Shown here: piece by piece, positions 55,105 through 63,976 of the stretch
How the letters are laid out: the number at the start of each line of letters is the position of its first letter
How positions within the stretch are numbered: position 1 is the first letter of the stretch
Virus record (IMG/VR): IMGVR_UViG_3300017971_000292
Strand: one strand, 5' to 3'
Length of the DNA stretch: 64,000 bases
DNA from: a virus
Notes under the pieces: generated by a model
Told to the model about the DNA's origin: nothing
Seen by the model: only the letters and a program-made list of their open reading frames with translations
Databases searched by the model: none
Made by a program: the position numbers and the translations under genes

Positions 55105-57359
55105 TTGGGCTCGGGAAGTTGTCGCTTGGAGGCAAGGAATTCGAGGTTGATTTTAAAGGTTCTGAAGCTTGCATCGAGTTGTTCGATGCCTGTGTCATTG
55201 GGGGTCCGCGCAAGGTGCTGAAGCGCCTTGTAGGTTCGTTCGCTTGTCCACTCTTTGAGGACATGCTGGTAGCCGTCGAGCGCGTCCAGTTCGTGGAGTA
55301 GCTCAGTCGGGCTCATCACTTGAATAGGCTCCGGGAGGTTGCTGGGCTTGGCATCCGCATACATCTCCTTGGCAAACAGCGCGAGAATCTCACTCATACT
55401 GGCCGACTGGTGCTGCTTCTCACTGAAGCGAACAATGCGCGAATCGTAGTAGCACTTCACGCCCATGCGGTTGTTCGCCTGGACGGCCGAGTCATCAAAA
55501 ACATTCAAAAGCCACCACAAGAACGCGCCACGCTCTGCAGCTAACGTCTCCTCGCAGAACTTGTTCGACGGCCACTTCTCGCGGCGCTTCTCGATCTGAA
55601 AGAACATCATCTTGTCAGCAAGGCCCTCGCTAAGCATGGGCAACATGCCGAGAGACTCGGGGTCGCTGTTCAGTGAACCAATGAGGCGACCGATCCAAAC
55701 GATCTTGACAGGCTTGGAGAACTTCGCATGGCTGATCTGCCCGGGCTGAGCGATGAGGTTTTTAAGCCGTACATTGAACGCGCTCTTCGCCCCCCACGTT
55801 GCCGGGCTCACCTGATCGTCGAGCACCAACGTCGGGGCCTCCAACACGTAATCGCTAAAACTGCTTGACCCGAGTAGGTAGGCATAGGGGTTCGACCACA
55901 GGCCGCCAAAGAGCGGAATGAAGAAGTGGTTAATGGCCAGGCTCTTCCCTGATTCGGTTGGGCCGCACAGAAAGATTGCTTGACCCTGGACCTGTTCGTG
56001 AGTCACCAGACCAATGTGGAATCGTCTTGTCCACGCCAGGAGATGGTCGAGGCCCTTGCCGAAAATCTGCAGGAGCTCCCAGGTGAATGGGAAGTCCTCG
56101 GGTGTCCCAGTCAACCCCTTGCCGGGGGTCGGGAACAGGAGGTCACAAGTGTTTAGGAACCGCAGCTTGCCCTGTTGGACGAGCCCCGGTGGGTAGTTGA
56201 TGAACGGCGCGGCACCGATGATCGCCTGGTGGTTCTGGATGTATCCGAGCACCTGATTCATCTCACTCTCAATCTGCCCCTTACCCTTCCTCGACGATAC
56301 TCCCTCGAGGGCCAGCTGTAACTTGATATCCTCCTTCTTCCGCTTCGTCCACCCCTGGCCTTCGATATTGACCCAAAAGTGGTCCGAGTCGTAGTAGAGC
56401 CCTTCCGCCGCACGCGCCAATCGGTCTTGCGTGTTCCGCTTAATGAAATCTCGGTCGAAGATCTGATCCCACTTCATGAACGGTCCATGCTTCTCTTTAC
56501 CAGTGAAGCACAGCATCCCGTCGGGCTTGACCTGACACCCGTTCTGGTTGTCTGCCGTCTCGTCCCAGAAACGCACGCCCGTTGCGTCTTCAACAAACTC
56601 CCCTTGCCAGCGGTTGGGCCAGCGCCGGTTGACCTCTTCCCCGATGACTTCAAGGGGGATCGTCACGTCCTCGTATAGCGACTTATCGGTAGACGCTTCC
56701 ATGTAGGATCCCTTGACGATCTCCCCGTCGAGGGGCTTTCCGGTCACTTCGTACCAATCGACTCCATTCGACCAGCGCATCTTGGGGTCGTAGGTGCCCT
56801 TGTCGAGCCCGGGCAACCACTTCTCCAGTTGGAGGCGGCTGCCGAGCCGGCGGAGGAAGACCGCAGCGAACTGGGTATTTCGGAACAGCACCTCTTCAGG
56901 AAACACCCATACGAGTCGCACGTTGCCGCTCAGGCTCTGCTCAAAGAAGGTGGGGTGGATTCCCTCAGGCATCTCCTTAAGCCGCTCCTGGAAGGCCTCC
57001 CATGAATACCTGGCGTCGAAGTCTGCTGCGAACGCCCGGCCGCCGTATGCAGGATTCTCGTCAGAGATAATCTGGCTGGGGGTCACTCCCCGGAAAGTAC
57101 AGTAGATGTTCCAGTCAAGTTTTGGTTGGCGCAGATTGGATTTGCGCGTCTCCTTAGTGAGTCCGCGAAGCCTCTCTACCGCTCCGGGCTCGGGCTCCCA
57201 CTCCCAAGGATAACCTTCAGTGGGTTCAGTATCCGTAAGATTTCGGGTCACAAACAGTTTTAGCATATCGGCACAAGCGGGGAAAGGGGAGGAACCGGAA
57301 CCTACCCGGCCCCTCCCCGGGGTTAGGTTATTCCGAAGCAGCGGCGGGCGCTCCGCCAC
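55101..57359 (-). CDS. DNA primase/helicase (P4/D5-like NTPase C-terminal domain; 752 aa; start may be the internal Met ~57263)
   Basis: Walker A FLCGPTESGKS, Walker B PTLVLDD and a long N-terminal primase-like region. Confidence 0.7.
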   Translation of the reverse strand: MAERPPLLRNNLTPGRGRVGSGSSPFPACADMLKLFVTRNLTDTEPTEGYPWEWEPEPGAVERLRGLTKETRKSNLRQPKLDWNIYCTFRGVTPSQIISDENPAYGGRAFAADFDARYSWEAFQERLKEMPEGIHPTFFEQSLSGNVRLVWVFPEEVLFRNTQFAAVFLRRLGSRLQLEKWLPGLDKGTYDPKMRWSNGVDWYEVTGKPLDGEIVKGSYMEASTDKSLYEDVTIPLEVIGEEVNRRWPNRWQGEFVEDATGVRFWDETADNQNGCQVKPDGMLCFTGKEKHGPFMKWDQIFDRDFIKRNTQDRLARAAEGLYYDSDHFWVNIEGQGWTKRKKEDIKLQLALEGVSSRKGKGQIESEMNQVLGYIQNHQAIIGAAPFINYPPGLVQQGKLRFLNTCDLLFPTPGKGLTGTPEDFPFTWELLQIFGKGLDHLLAWTRRFHIGLVTHEQVQGQAIFLCGPTESGKSLAINHFFIPLFGGLWSNPYAYLLGSSSFSDYVLEAPTLVLDDQVSPATWGAKSAFNVRLKNLIAQPGQISHAKFSKPVKIVWIGRLIGSLNSDPESLGMLPMLSEGLADKMMFFQIEKRREKWPSNKFCEETLAAERGAFLWWLLNVFDDSAVQANNRMGVKCYYDSRIVRFSEKQHQSASMSEILALFAKEMYADAKPSNLPEPIQVMSPTELLHELDALDGYQHVLKEWTSERTYKALQHLARTPNDTGIEQLDASFRTFKINLEFLASKRQLPEPK

Positions 57360-58422
57360 TGATCATCGGGTGGATGTCGTCGCAATAATCCCGGGCATCG
57401 GGGCCGATGGGCTCGCGGCGGCATAGCGCATCAGGCGACCAGACCTGGAAGTTCCCTCGCGATTTGCGCGTGAGCTTCCACGTCCAGAAGTACTTCCAGA
57501 GGATCGTCTTCTTGACGATCACCCCGTGTTCGTCCTTCACCGGGTTGTTCTCCTCGTCGAGCACGGGCTCCGTGAGGAGATTCCGGGTCGCTGAGATGAT
57601 CGCCTGGGAGAAGTCCTTATAGGCCCCACCGTTGGCCCAATACTTCGCCGGGGCGTAGAGCTTACCGTCGAGCTCCGTGTCAAAGAACGAGCTGTCGGCG
57701 AACTTCTCGGGGAGGTTGTCTGGCTTCTCCACCAGCAGATTATGGATAGCCCCAGCACGCCATTTGCCGGGCCCGTAGCCGACGGTCCCACCGACTTCCA
57801 TGAGCGCCGCCTTCGAGTAGACCATCTCCGGCATTGCCCCGTCATCCTGCTCCTCCTGAGTCAGGGTCTCACGGTAGAACTTGACGAGGTGCAGCGGGAT
57901 CACCCGCAACGTCAGGAACGCGTTCTTGTCGGACAGGTCCTGCGGAGGGTACGCGAGCACATCCCCACCCAGGATCACCGACCCGACCGAGAACTCCGCG
58001 CTCAGCTTCCCGGAACCTTGGACAACCTTCAGCTCGGGGAACTTGATGTCTTCAAGGTCGAAGTCTCCGACGATAGCCCCGCCGGAAGACGTGTAGAGTG
58101 CCTGGCCAAGCGGCGAGGACAGGGAGGAAACCCCCCGGGTGGCGACCGCTGTGGTCTTCTCCGGCTCTTCCTCGACCGACGCACGAACCGGCGGAGCCGG
58201 TGCTTGTGGCTTCATAGGAGGCGGCGGAGCCGGTTGGGCCGGGTCGGGCTGACCCGCGTCAATGACCGTCTGGCGAGCCATCGCGTCGGTCTCTTCAGCG
58301 GTCATAGGACGCGCCTGCGCGATCTGCTCAGCCACGCCGGGCTGCTTAGAGGTGGTCGGTTGGGATTCCTCCGACGTAGGGGTCGGAGCCGCTTTTGGTG
58401 CTACTTTTCTACGTATTGCCAT
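57328..58422 (-). CDS. Hypothetical protein with Pro-rich N-terminus (364 aa)
   Basis: ORF track. Its position between primase and nuclease suggests a replication or recombination accessory protein (an SSB or annealing protein is possible but unproven). Confidence 0.55.
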   Translation of the reverse strand: MAIRRKVAPKAAPTPTSEESQPTTSKQPGVAEQIAQARPMTAEETDAMARQTVIDAGQPDPAQPAPPPPMKPQAPAPPVRASVEEEPEKTTAVATRGVSSLSSPLGQALYTSSGGAIVGDFDLEDIKFPELKVVQGSGKLSAEFSVGSVILGGDVLAYPPQDLSDKNAFLTLRVIPLHLVKFYRETLTQEEQDDGAMPEMVYSKAALMEVGGTVGYGPGKWRAGAIHNLLVEKPDNLPEKFADSSFFDTELDGKLYAPAKYWANGGAYKDFSQAIISATRNLLTEPVLDEENNPVKDEHGVIVKKTILWKYFWTWKLTRKSRGNFQVWSPDALCRREPIGPDARDYCDDIHPMISGGAPAAASE

Positions 58423-58429
58423 AACTCAG

Positions 58430-58464
58430 TTTTTGGTTTTTGGTTTTTGGTTTTTGGTTTTTGG
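58430..58464. repeat. Tandem heptamer (TTTTTGG)x5, which reads (CCAAAAA)x5 on the coding strand of the 5' leader of gene 57328..58422
   Basis: Read directly. It is located 8 nt upstream of the ATG. Confidence 0.9.
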
Positions 58465-58468
58465 GTGG

Positions 58469-59755
58469 TCAGCTTTTAGCTTCGATTTGTGGTTGTGTTT
58501 TTACAAGTTTCGCGAACTCGATCATTCCATCAGGTTGCGAAAGTAGCCCCTGGACGGTCAGTAGGTTGGTCACATCCTCTCTGGCCTTCTTCAGGGTGAT
58601 CTTCTCTCCGCGCGCCTTCAACAATTCCTGGTAACTGCGCGCCGCCGTCGGCATGAGCTTCTCCAGGCTGAGCTTAGCGCACTCCATCATCTGCTCCCAG
58701 GTGACGAACTCCTTGAGCGCCTCCGCCACCTCCCCGGCGTTGCCGAGCGTGCGGGACATCTTTCGTGTGAACTTCTTGTAGTGGAGGAGCGTACCGTCCG
58801 GCAGACTGGCGTAGGTCTTGTCATCACCCTCTGTCTTCAGGTGATCGTTCATCTTCGCCTTGATCCCCTCGAACGCCTTCTCCAGCACGTCCACCATGTA
58901 GCGGGCCGTCACCAACTGTTCGGGGGTCTTGAGCAGCGCCGTATTGAACAACGCCTTTGGGTTGACCTTTTCCGGAAGGTGCGCGGGGGCCAGCTCAGCC
59001 ATCATACGGGCGTGGACCGAGCATTGGCCGCATCGCTCACAGAATGCACAGTGGCTGCCGGCGTTCATTTTCGGAAGTGCCGTATCGGGATCAGCGAACG
59101 CCTTGTCCACGTCAGCAAGCAGGCAATCGATCTGGTGAACAAGCCTCGGGACCTCGTCGTAGTGGAAGGTCTTGTGGGTGACGTTAGAGAGCTTTGGCTG
59201 GATGAACACGACCGCCGCCGTCTGGATATCCGGCGCGATTTCTTGGAGCGTGGCGCACCCATAGGAGCGACCCTGTAGGTTACGCTCGGCAGGCGGCACG
59301 GGGATCCACCCAAACTTGTAATCGATGACCACGACCATCCCAAACTCCTCGCTGACGAGCGCCAGATCGAGAGTACCCCAGTGGATCGTCGAACCGTCCG
59401 CACGTTTCAGGTAGACCTTCTCCTCCATCGCCATTTCACTGATGGGGATTTGGGCCATGATCTTGTCGATCTCGGCACACGTATAGAAGAGGTAGCCGAG
59501 TTGCTCGTCCTCAAGAATCCACTTGCCGTGCACCCGCTTGAGCGCGGCGACAAACGTCTCCTTCATACCGCCGTCATAGACGATATGTCCGAGCTCCTCC
59601 ATACATTCGTGGAGCATGTCACCCTCCTCGGCAGCCTCGTTCACCTCTCGGTTCACGTTGAGGAAGAGGGGGCACGAAGCGTAGTAATTGAGCTTCGAGG
59701 GACCGTGCTTGTGGTGGGCTTCTTCGCCGGAGTTCTTAACAAGTGCTTGAGTCAT
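58469..59755 (-). CDS. PD-(D/E)xK nuclease with C-terminal Cys cluster (Cas4/RecB-like exonuclease)
   Basis: VVIDYKFGW (D-x-K) and C-terminal HCAFCERCGQCSVH (a four-Cys iron-sulfur-like cluster). Confidence 0.65.
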   Translation of the reverse strand: MTQALVKNSGEEAHHKHGPSKLNYYASCPLFLNVNREVNEAAEEGDMLHECMEELGHIVYDGGMKETFVAALKRVHGKWILEDEQLGYLFYTCAEIDKIMAQIPISEMAMEEKVYLKRADGSTIHWGTLDLALVSEEFGMVVVIDYKFGWIPVPPAERNLQGRSYGCATLQEIAPDIQTAAVVFIQPKLSNVTHKTFHYDEVPRLVHQIDCLLADVDKAFADPDTALPKMNAGSHCAFCERCGQCSVHARMMAELAPAHLPEKVNPKALFNTALLKTPEQLVTARYMVDVLEKAFEGIKAKMNDHLKTEGDDKTYASLPDGTLLHYKKFTRKMSRTLGNAGEVAEALKEFVTWEQMMECAKLSLEKLMPTAARSYQELLKARGEKITLKKAREDVTNLLTVQGLLSQPDGMIEFAKLVKTQPQIEAKS

Positions 59756-59770
59756 AAAATCGAATGTGAG

Positions 59771-61171
59771 TCAGACCGTAAAGTCAGAATCTTCCAATGT
59801 CAAGTCATTGAAGTTGTCTATACCGTCGAGCTTAGTTTTGAGGCGCTTATAGTAACCTTCCTCGGCAGTCCCACGCAGCGCGAGGATCCGCTGACGACTG
59901 AAGGCTCCGCCTACACGCCACACTCGACCGAAGAACTGCTTGGCCTTCTTGCCAGACAGTCCGGGCGAGTAAAAGACTTCCCGTGGCACGGTAGGGTGCT
60001 GGAGGTTGAGCCCCTCCGCCCCGGCCGTCGCCTGAACGATAAACACGTCGAGCTCGTCGTTCGTGAATTTTCGCTTCACTTCGGTCTTTTGCGTCTCATT
60101 GCACCTTCCATCGTAGACATCGACTGAGCAGTCCACCCGCTTCATAGCGTCAAACATCTCGTCGATGGACTTCGTGAAGTTGAGGGCGATGACCACCGCT
60201 GACCCATTCTGCATCGCGTCGATTGATAGGTCCCGAATAGACCCCAGCTTCATCAGCTCCAAGGCTTGGCGGAGCCGGAGAGACTCCTCGAGCCAGTTCT
60301 GACGCTGCTTCGCGCGCTCCGCCTGATCTGCATACTCCGAGATCATCTGGTTCAGGTGCTGGAGCCGTCCGGCAACAGTCTGCGCGTCCGCATGGTCGGT
60401 GGTGATCAGATAGGGCTCGATCAGCGTCTTCGGGAAGCCAGGAATGAGGTCCCGGTCCATCCGATAGAGGCGGCCATCCAACTCACTTTTTACCTTGTCG
60501 ATAGCGAGTTTCTGCTTGCGGGGGTCCTGGGTCCAGTCCAAGCCGCCGAAGACCCCCGGCGTGCACCCGTGCTTCATCGCCCAATTGATGAAGTTGTCAC
60601 GCTTCTTGTTCAGCTTGTGGAGGTCGAGAGCGTAGCCCGCCGCCTTCATGTCCAGCGTCGACTCCAGGAGCGTCGCGCTCATAATCAGCACCCGGGATCC
60701 CTTGCGCTTAGCCCCGATCAGCATCTTGGACTCCATCGAGGTCATACCGCCACAACGGTGGCCCTCGTCGAAGACGACCAGCGCGAACTTCCTCTTGAGC
60801 TCCATGAACGAGCCGGTCCCCCACTTCTTCTCCTCGAACCACTCGGTCTCTGATAGGTTGATCGGGCGGCCATCCTTGTCCTCCCCGACCTTGCGCCGCC
60901 TACCCTTGGCCCGCTCATAGTGGACGATCTCTGCAGGCACACCCATGATCGACGCAGCGTCCCCCCACTGGCCACGCGTGCCGAGAGGGCAGATGATTAG
61001 CGGGGTGACCCCCAGTGCCCGGGCGACGGCCAACGCTGTGAACGTCTTGCCCGTCCCGAGATCTGAAGTGTCCGCGCAGCACCCGTCAACGGCCAACGCC
61101 TGGGCCAGGTTACGCGCGTGCTCGAACTGCCAGGGCTTGAGCGGCAGTCGGTCAATTACTGAAAGATCCAT
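59771..61171 (-). CDS. DExH/DEAD-box superfamily-2 helicase (466 aa)
   Basis: Motif I DLGTGKT, motif II VVFDEGHR and a C-terminal helicase domain. Confidence 0.8.
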   Translation of the reverse strand: MDLSVIDRLPLKPWQFEHARNLAQALAVDGCCADTSDLGTGKTFTALAVARALGVTPLIICPLGTRGQWGDAASIMGVPAEIVHYERAKGRRRKVGEDKDGRPINLSETEWFEEKKWGTGSFMELKRKFALVVFDEGHRCGGMTSMESKMLIGAKRKGSRVLIMSATLLESTLDMKAAGYALDLHKLNKKRDNFINWAMKHGCTPGVFGGLDWTQDPRKQKLAIDKVKSELDGRLYRMDRDLIPGFPKTLIEPYLITTDHADAQTVAGRLQHLNQMISEYADQAERAKQRQNWLEESLRLRQALELMKLGSIRDLSIDAMQNGSAVVIALNFTKSIDEMFDAMKRVDCSVDVYDGRCNETQKTEVKRKFTNDELDVFIVQATAGAEGLNLQHPTVPREVFYSPGLSGKKAKQFFGRVWRVGGAFSRQRILALRGTAEEGYYKRLKTKLDGIDNFNDLTLEDSDFTV

Positions 61172-61727
61172 GTGCGTGCTTGAATAGCTCTGCGGTTAGG
61201 TAGTCGAGTGTCGCCCATACCGGCTGCTCACCGCCGGAATTCCACAGTCGTGGGACGAGAACTGCGCCTCCACCGTGCGCCCGGAACATCGCGACCTGAT
61301 CCTCCGAATCGTCGACGAGCACTGTATCTGGACGGGCCAATAGCCACTTTTCACGGGTGAGCACTCGGGGGCCCATATCCTTGAACCCGTGGCGATGGAG
61401 CCACTCGTGCTTGCCCTGCGGGGCGTAGGGCGTCCACGAGGCGTCCGTGCAGATGCCCACAACGTGGCCCAAGCGTTTCAGGCGTTTCATCAACTCAAAA
61501 AGCTGACGCCCGAAAGGCGTCCACGGCATGTCCACCCAGAACCGTACCTGCTGGTCGAGGCAGAGTTCGCGGAGCCGGTCGACCGACACGCCAAAGGTGT
61601 GCTCGATGCGGTAGTCACCAGCATCAAGGTCCTGTGGGAACTTTAATCCGAGGAGCGCCGCACAGCTGGCATGCCAGTCGCAGAGCACTCCGTCCATATC
61701 GAATAGAAATCTTGTCTTCTTCATAGT
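61152..61727 (-). CDS. HAD-superfamily 5'(3')-deoxyribonucleotidase-like hydrolase
   Basis: Motif I FLFDMDGVLCDW (DxDG). The start is trimmed from ORF 61152..61793 to Met MKKTRFLF. Confidence 0.7.
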   Translation of the reverse strand, partial: TMKKTRFLFDMDGVLCDWHASCAALLGLKFPQDLDAGDYRIEHTFGVSVDRLRELCLDQQVRFWVDMPWTPFGRQLFELMKRLKRLGHVVGICTDASWTPYAPQGKHEWLHRHGFKDMGPRVLTREKWLLARPDTVLVDDSEDQVAMFRAHGGGAVLVPRLWNSGGEQPVWATLDYLTAELFKHAHGSFSN

Positions 61728-61862
61728 TGTAATAGGTCGCGCGGCTGCTGGATTAGCCCACAAGAGCCAGTAGGGGGAAGGCGTCACACACATCCAGCTT
61801 AGCGACGGGGCCGCGCTCTCCGTTCATGAAATCCCCCATACTATAGGCTTGGAATGCAAAAG

Positions 61863-62141
61863 TCAGACTGCGGGCAGCCGGCCCTCGGCTCGCTGGATCT
61901 TCTTAGGGCTTGCGACGCGGCACCCGGGGTACCCGGCCCTTCGCTGCATTAGCTCCACGCGGAGCTCGCCTTCTGCGCTGTCGACGAGGCCGATTCGCTT
62001 GAACAGGGTCTTCAGCATCCCCTCCTTGAACTCGGGGGACGCCTTCCGGCGTTCCGTGTGCCGAATCGCCTGTTCGATCTTCAGTCGCCGTGCTCGAAGC
62101 CGCCGGGCGGCCTTCGCCAGTTGGAATATGTTCATCTTCAT
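61863..62141 (-). CDS. Hypothetical basic protein (92 aa)
   Basis: ORF track. It is an alternative to, or a partner of, the overlapping 61903..62439 frame. Confidence 0.35.
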   Translation of the reverse strand: MKMNIFQLAKAARRLRARRLKIEQAIRHTERRKASPEFKEGMLKTLFKRIGLVDSAEGELRVELMQRRAGYPGCRVASPKKIQRAEGRLPAV

Positions 62142-62439
62142 CTGTTTTGCTGATTTCTGTTGTTAGTGTTAAGTCACGGAAAGCTCGGTCGGGGATGCCC
62201 GTCCACCCCTCTGAATGCTTCAGAATCGCCCTGTGCGCGTCCGCAGGCTTGAGGAGGTACTCGCGTCCCCTACCACTCAGATCGAGCCGTAGCGTGCGAG
62301 CCTCGCGCAGCGTGAGGGCTTCCTGGGGGTCGAGGAGCCGGACCAACATGCCTACACGGGTGAATTGGTCGCCGCTGGGGGTCGGGCAGCTGAATCGAAA
62401 GCTTTTCCCGATGCTCTTTTTCAATGTCGTTGCGTTCAT
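61903..62439 (-). CDS. Hypothetical protein (only the N-terminal ~90 aa look protein-like)
   Basis: ORF track. The C-terminal part is Arg/Pro-rich low complexity and overlaps the 61863..62141 frame. Confidence 0.35.
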   Translation of the reverse strand: MNATTLKKSIGKSFRFSCPTPSGDQFTRVGMLVRLLDPQEALTLREARTLRLDLSGRGREYLLKPADAHRAILKHSEGWTGIPDRAFRDLTLTTEISKTDEDEHIPTGEGRPAASSTATEDRTGDSAHGTPEGVPRVQGGDAEDPVQANRPRRQRRRRAPRGANAAKGRVPRVPRRKP

Positions 62440-62447
62440 CGTAAATT

Positions 62448-62478
62448 GAGGTGCCGGCCTCTCCCGGCTGTCACGGTG
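62448..62478. repeat. Iteron-like direct repeat copy 1 (AGGTGCCGGCCTCTCCCGGCTGTCAC)
   Basis: A 25/26-nt match to 62694..62724. It lies in a 360-bp non-coding gap. Confidence 0.75.
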
Positions 62479-62693
62479 TCTGATTTGCCACAGTTGCTCG
62501 CCCAGCCGTTTGGCGTGATCAGCTCGCCTGGCCTCAGCTCATGGTCGGTCGTGTCACCGTTTGGACCTTAGCTTCGTCAGGGTCTCCCCTGAGTTGAGCC
62601 GTCATCGCGAGGTATCCCCATCAGGGGCTTACACTTTCGGTTGTCGACCCTACTCGCGTCCTTCGCTCGCCGACTTTGATGCACGGCTCAACT

Positions 62694-62724
62694 CAAGGTG
62701 CCGGTCTCTCCCGGCTGTCACCAC
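62694..62724. repeat. Iteron-like direct repeat copy 2, followed by the degenerate third copy CGGTCTCTCCCCGCCGTCAAG at 62741..62762
   Basis: Read directly. The inverted repeats CCCCTGAGTTGAGCC / GGCTCAACTCAAGG and CCCCTGA / TCAGGGG lie between the copies. Confidence 0.75.
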
Positions 62725-62797
62725 AGCTATGCGGTCCTCGCGGTCTCTCCCCGCCGTCAAGCCAGCTAACGATTGGCTTTCATCGTCTGCGCATATT

Positions 62798-63976
62798 CTA
62801 ACGGGCGAGAGTCATCAGCTTGCCCGCCCGGGCACTCAGGTTGGCCGAATCGCCAGCGAACTTGATGTCACGGGCGACGGCCGTCAATCCGTTGATGAAG
62901 TCCCAGATGCTCTCGCATCGGCCTTCCTCGCGGATCGCGGTCTCGACGGCGGCCAGGACTTCCTTGCGGGTGAACTTCACACCCTTCATAGGGTTGCGGG
63001 CCCAGTCGATGAATTCCTCGAGCTTCTCGCTCACGCTCCACGGCAGCTTGGCCAGGGAGGCGGCTTTGATCGCCTCATAGACCGCCGTCCGGGTGTCGGC
63101 TTTCACGAACTCGCGGAGCCGGGGGATCAGGATATTCTGGAAGTGCTCCCGGGCCTTGCCACGGTGGACGATGGAGATCTCCTCAAGATCCTCCATGCCC
63201 CAGATCTGCAGGTTGCCGCAGGTGACGCGGAACATGAACGTGCGGCTGATGATCGTCTTCACCCGGACTTCCGAGTTGGATAGGATGATGCCCCGATACA
63301 TCTGGTCACGCTCGCACGGACCTTCGACCAGGGAGCCCCCGTCGATCATATACATCCACACGTCGCGGTCGCTCGCATAGAGGCCAGACACGTTGCCGTT
63401 CCAGTCCTTGGGGGCGAAGAACGGCTTGTCCGCTTCAGCGGTGACCGCCTGCATGACCTCGACCAGCTCGTGATCGAACACGCGGCTGTAGGAGGTCGAC
63501 GTAACCGCTTGGATCTGGTTGGTGTCGTTCCGGTGATAGAACGCGCTGTGCTTAGGATCGAACACCTCGCCTGCGCCGGCCGCCTTCAACATCGCCTCGT
63601 CGCGAGACCGGCGAATCCGCCCCAACGCGTGGTTGAGGTTCTGCTGCACTAACTCGCCAGGGAGCTTGCGCATGTATCCGGCGGGCACGCCGAGCTCACT
63701 GCAGAGCTGGCCAAACCCAAGGTTGGTGAACGCTTGCGGATGATCCATCCCCGGGATGATGACCTCCAGGTGCTCGCCGTTCCCGACAACGTGGCAATCG
63801 GCCAGCTGAGCCTCCTCAGTGGATGAGAATGCCGCCCGCTGCTTGGTCGCAGCGTAGAGATCCTCAAGGCTGCGGTAGCACTGGTCGTCGGGGCGGTTGG
63901 CCCATTGGTTGTACGCTACCAGGGAATGGCCGACGTTGTCTTTGCGGGTGATGGTGACGTTTGCTTGATCAGTCAT
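62798..63976 (-). CDS. DUF932-like phage/plasmid protein (392 aa)
   Basis: Overall resemblance to the TIGR03299/DUF932 family (N-terminal YNQWAN..., central VTCGNLQIWG region). The call is made from memory, with moderate confidence. Confidence 0.55.
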   Translation of the reverse strand: MTDQANVTITRKDNVGHSLVAYNQWANRPDDQCYRSLEDLYAATKQRAAFSSTEEAQLADCHVVGNGEHLEVIIPGMDHPQAFTNLGFGQLCSELGVPAGYMRKLPGELVQQNLNHALGRIRRSRDEAMLKAAGAGEVFDPKHSAFYHRNDTNQIQAVTSTSYSRVFDHELVEVMQAVTAEADKPFFAPKDWNGNVSGLYASDRDVWMYMIDGGSLVEGPCERDQMYRGIILSNSEVRVKTIISRTFMFRVTCGNLQIWGMEDLEEISIVHRGKAREHFQNILIPRLREFVKADTRTAVYEAIKAASLAKLPWSVSEKLEEFIDWARNPMKGVKFTRKEVLAAVETAIREEGRCESIWDFINGLTAVARDIKFAGDSANLSARAGKLMTLAR

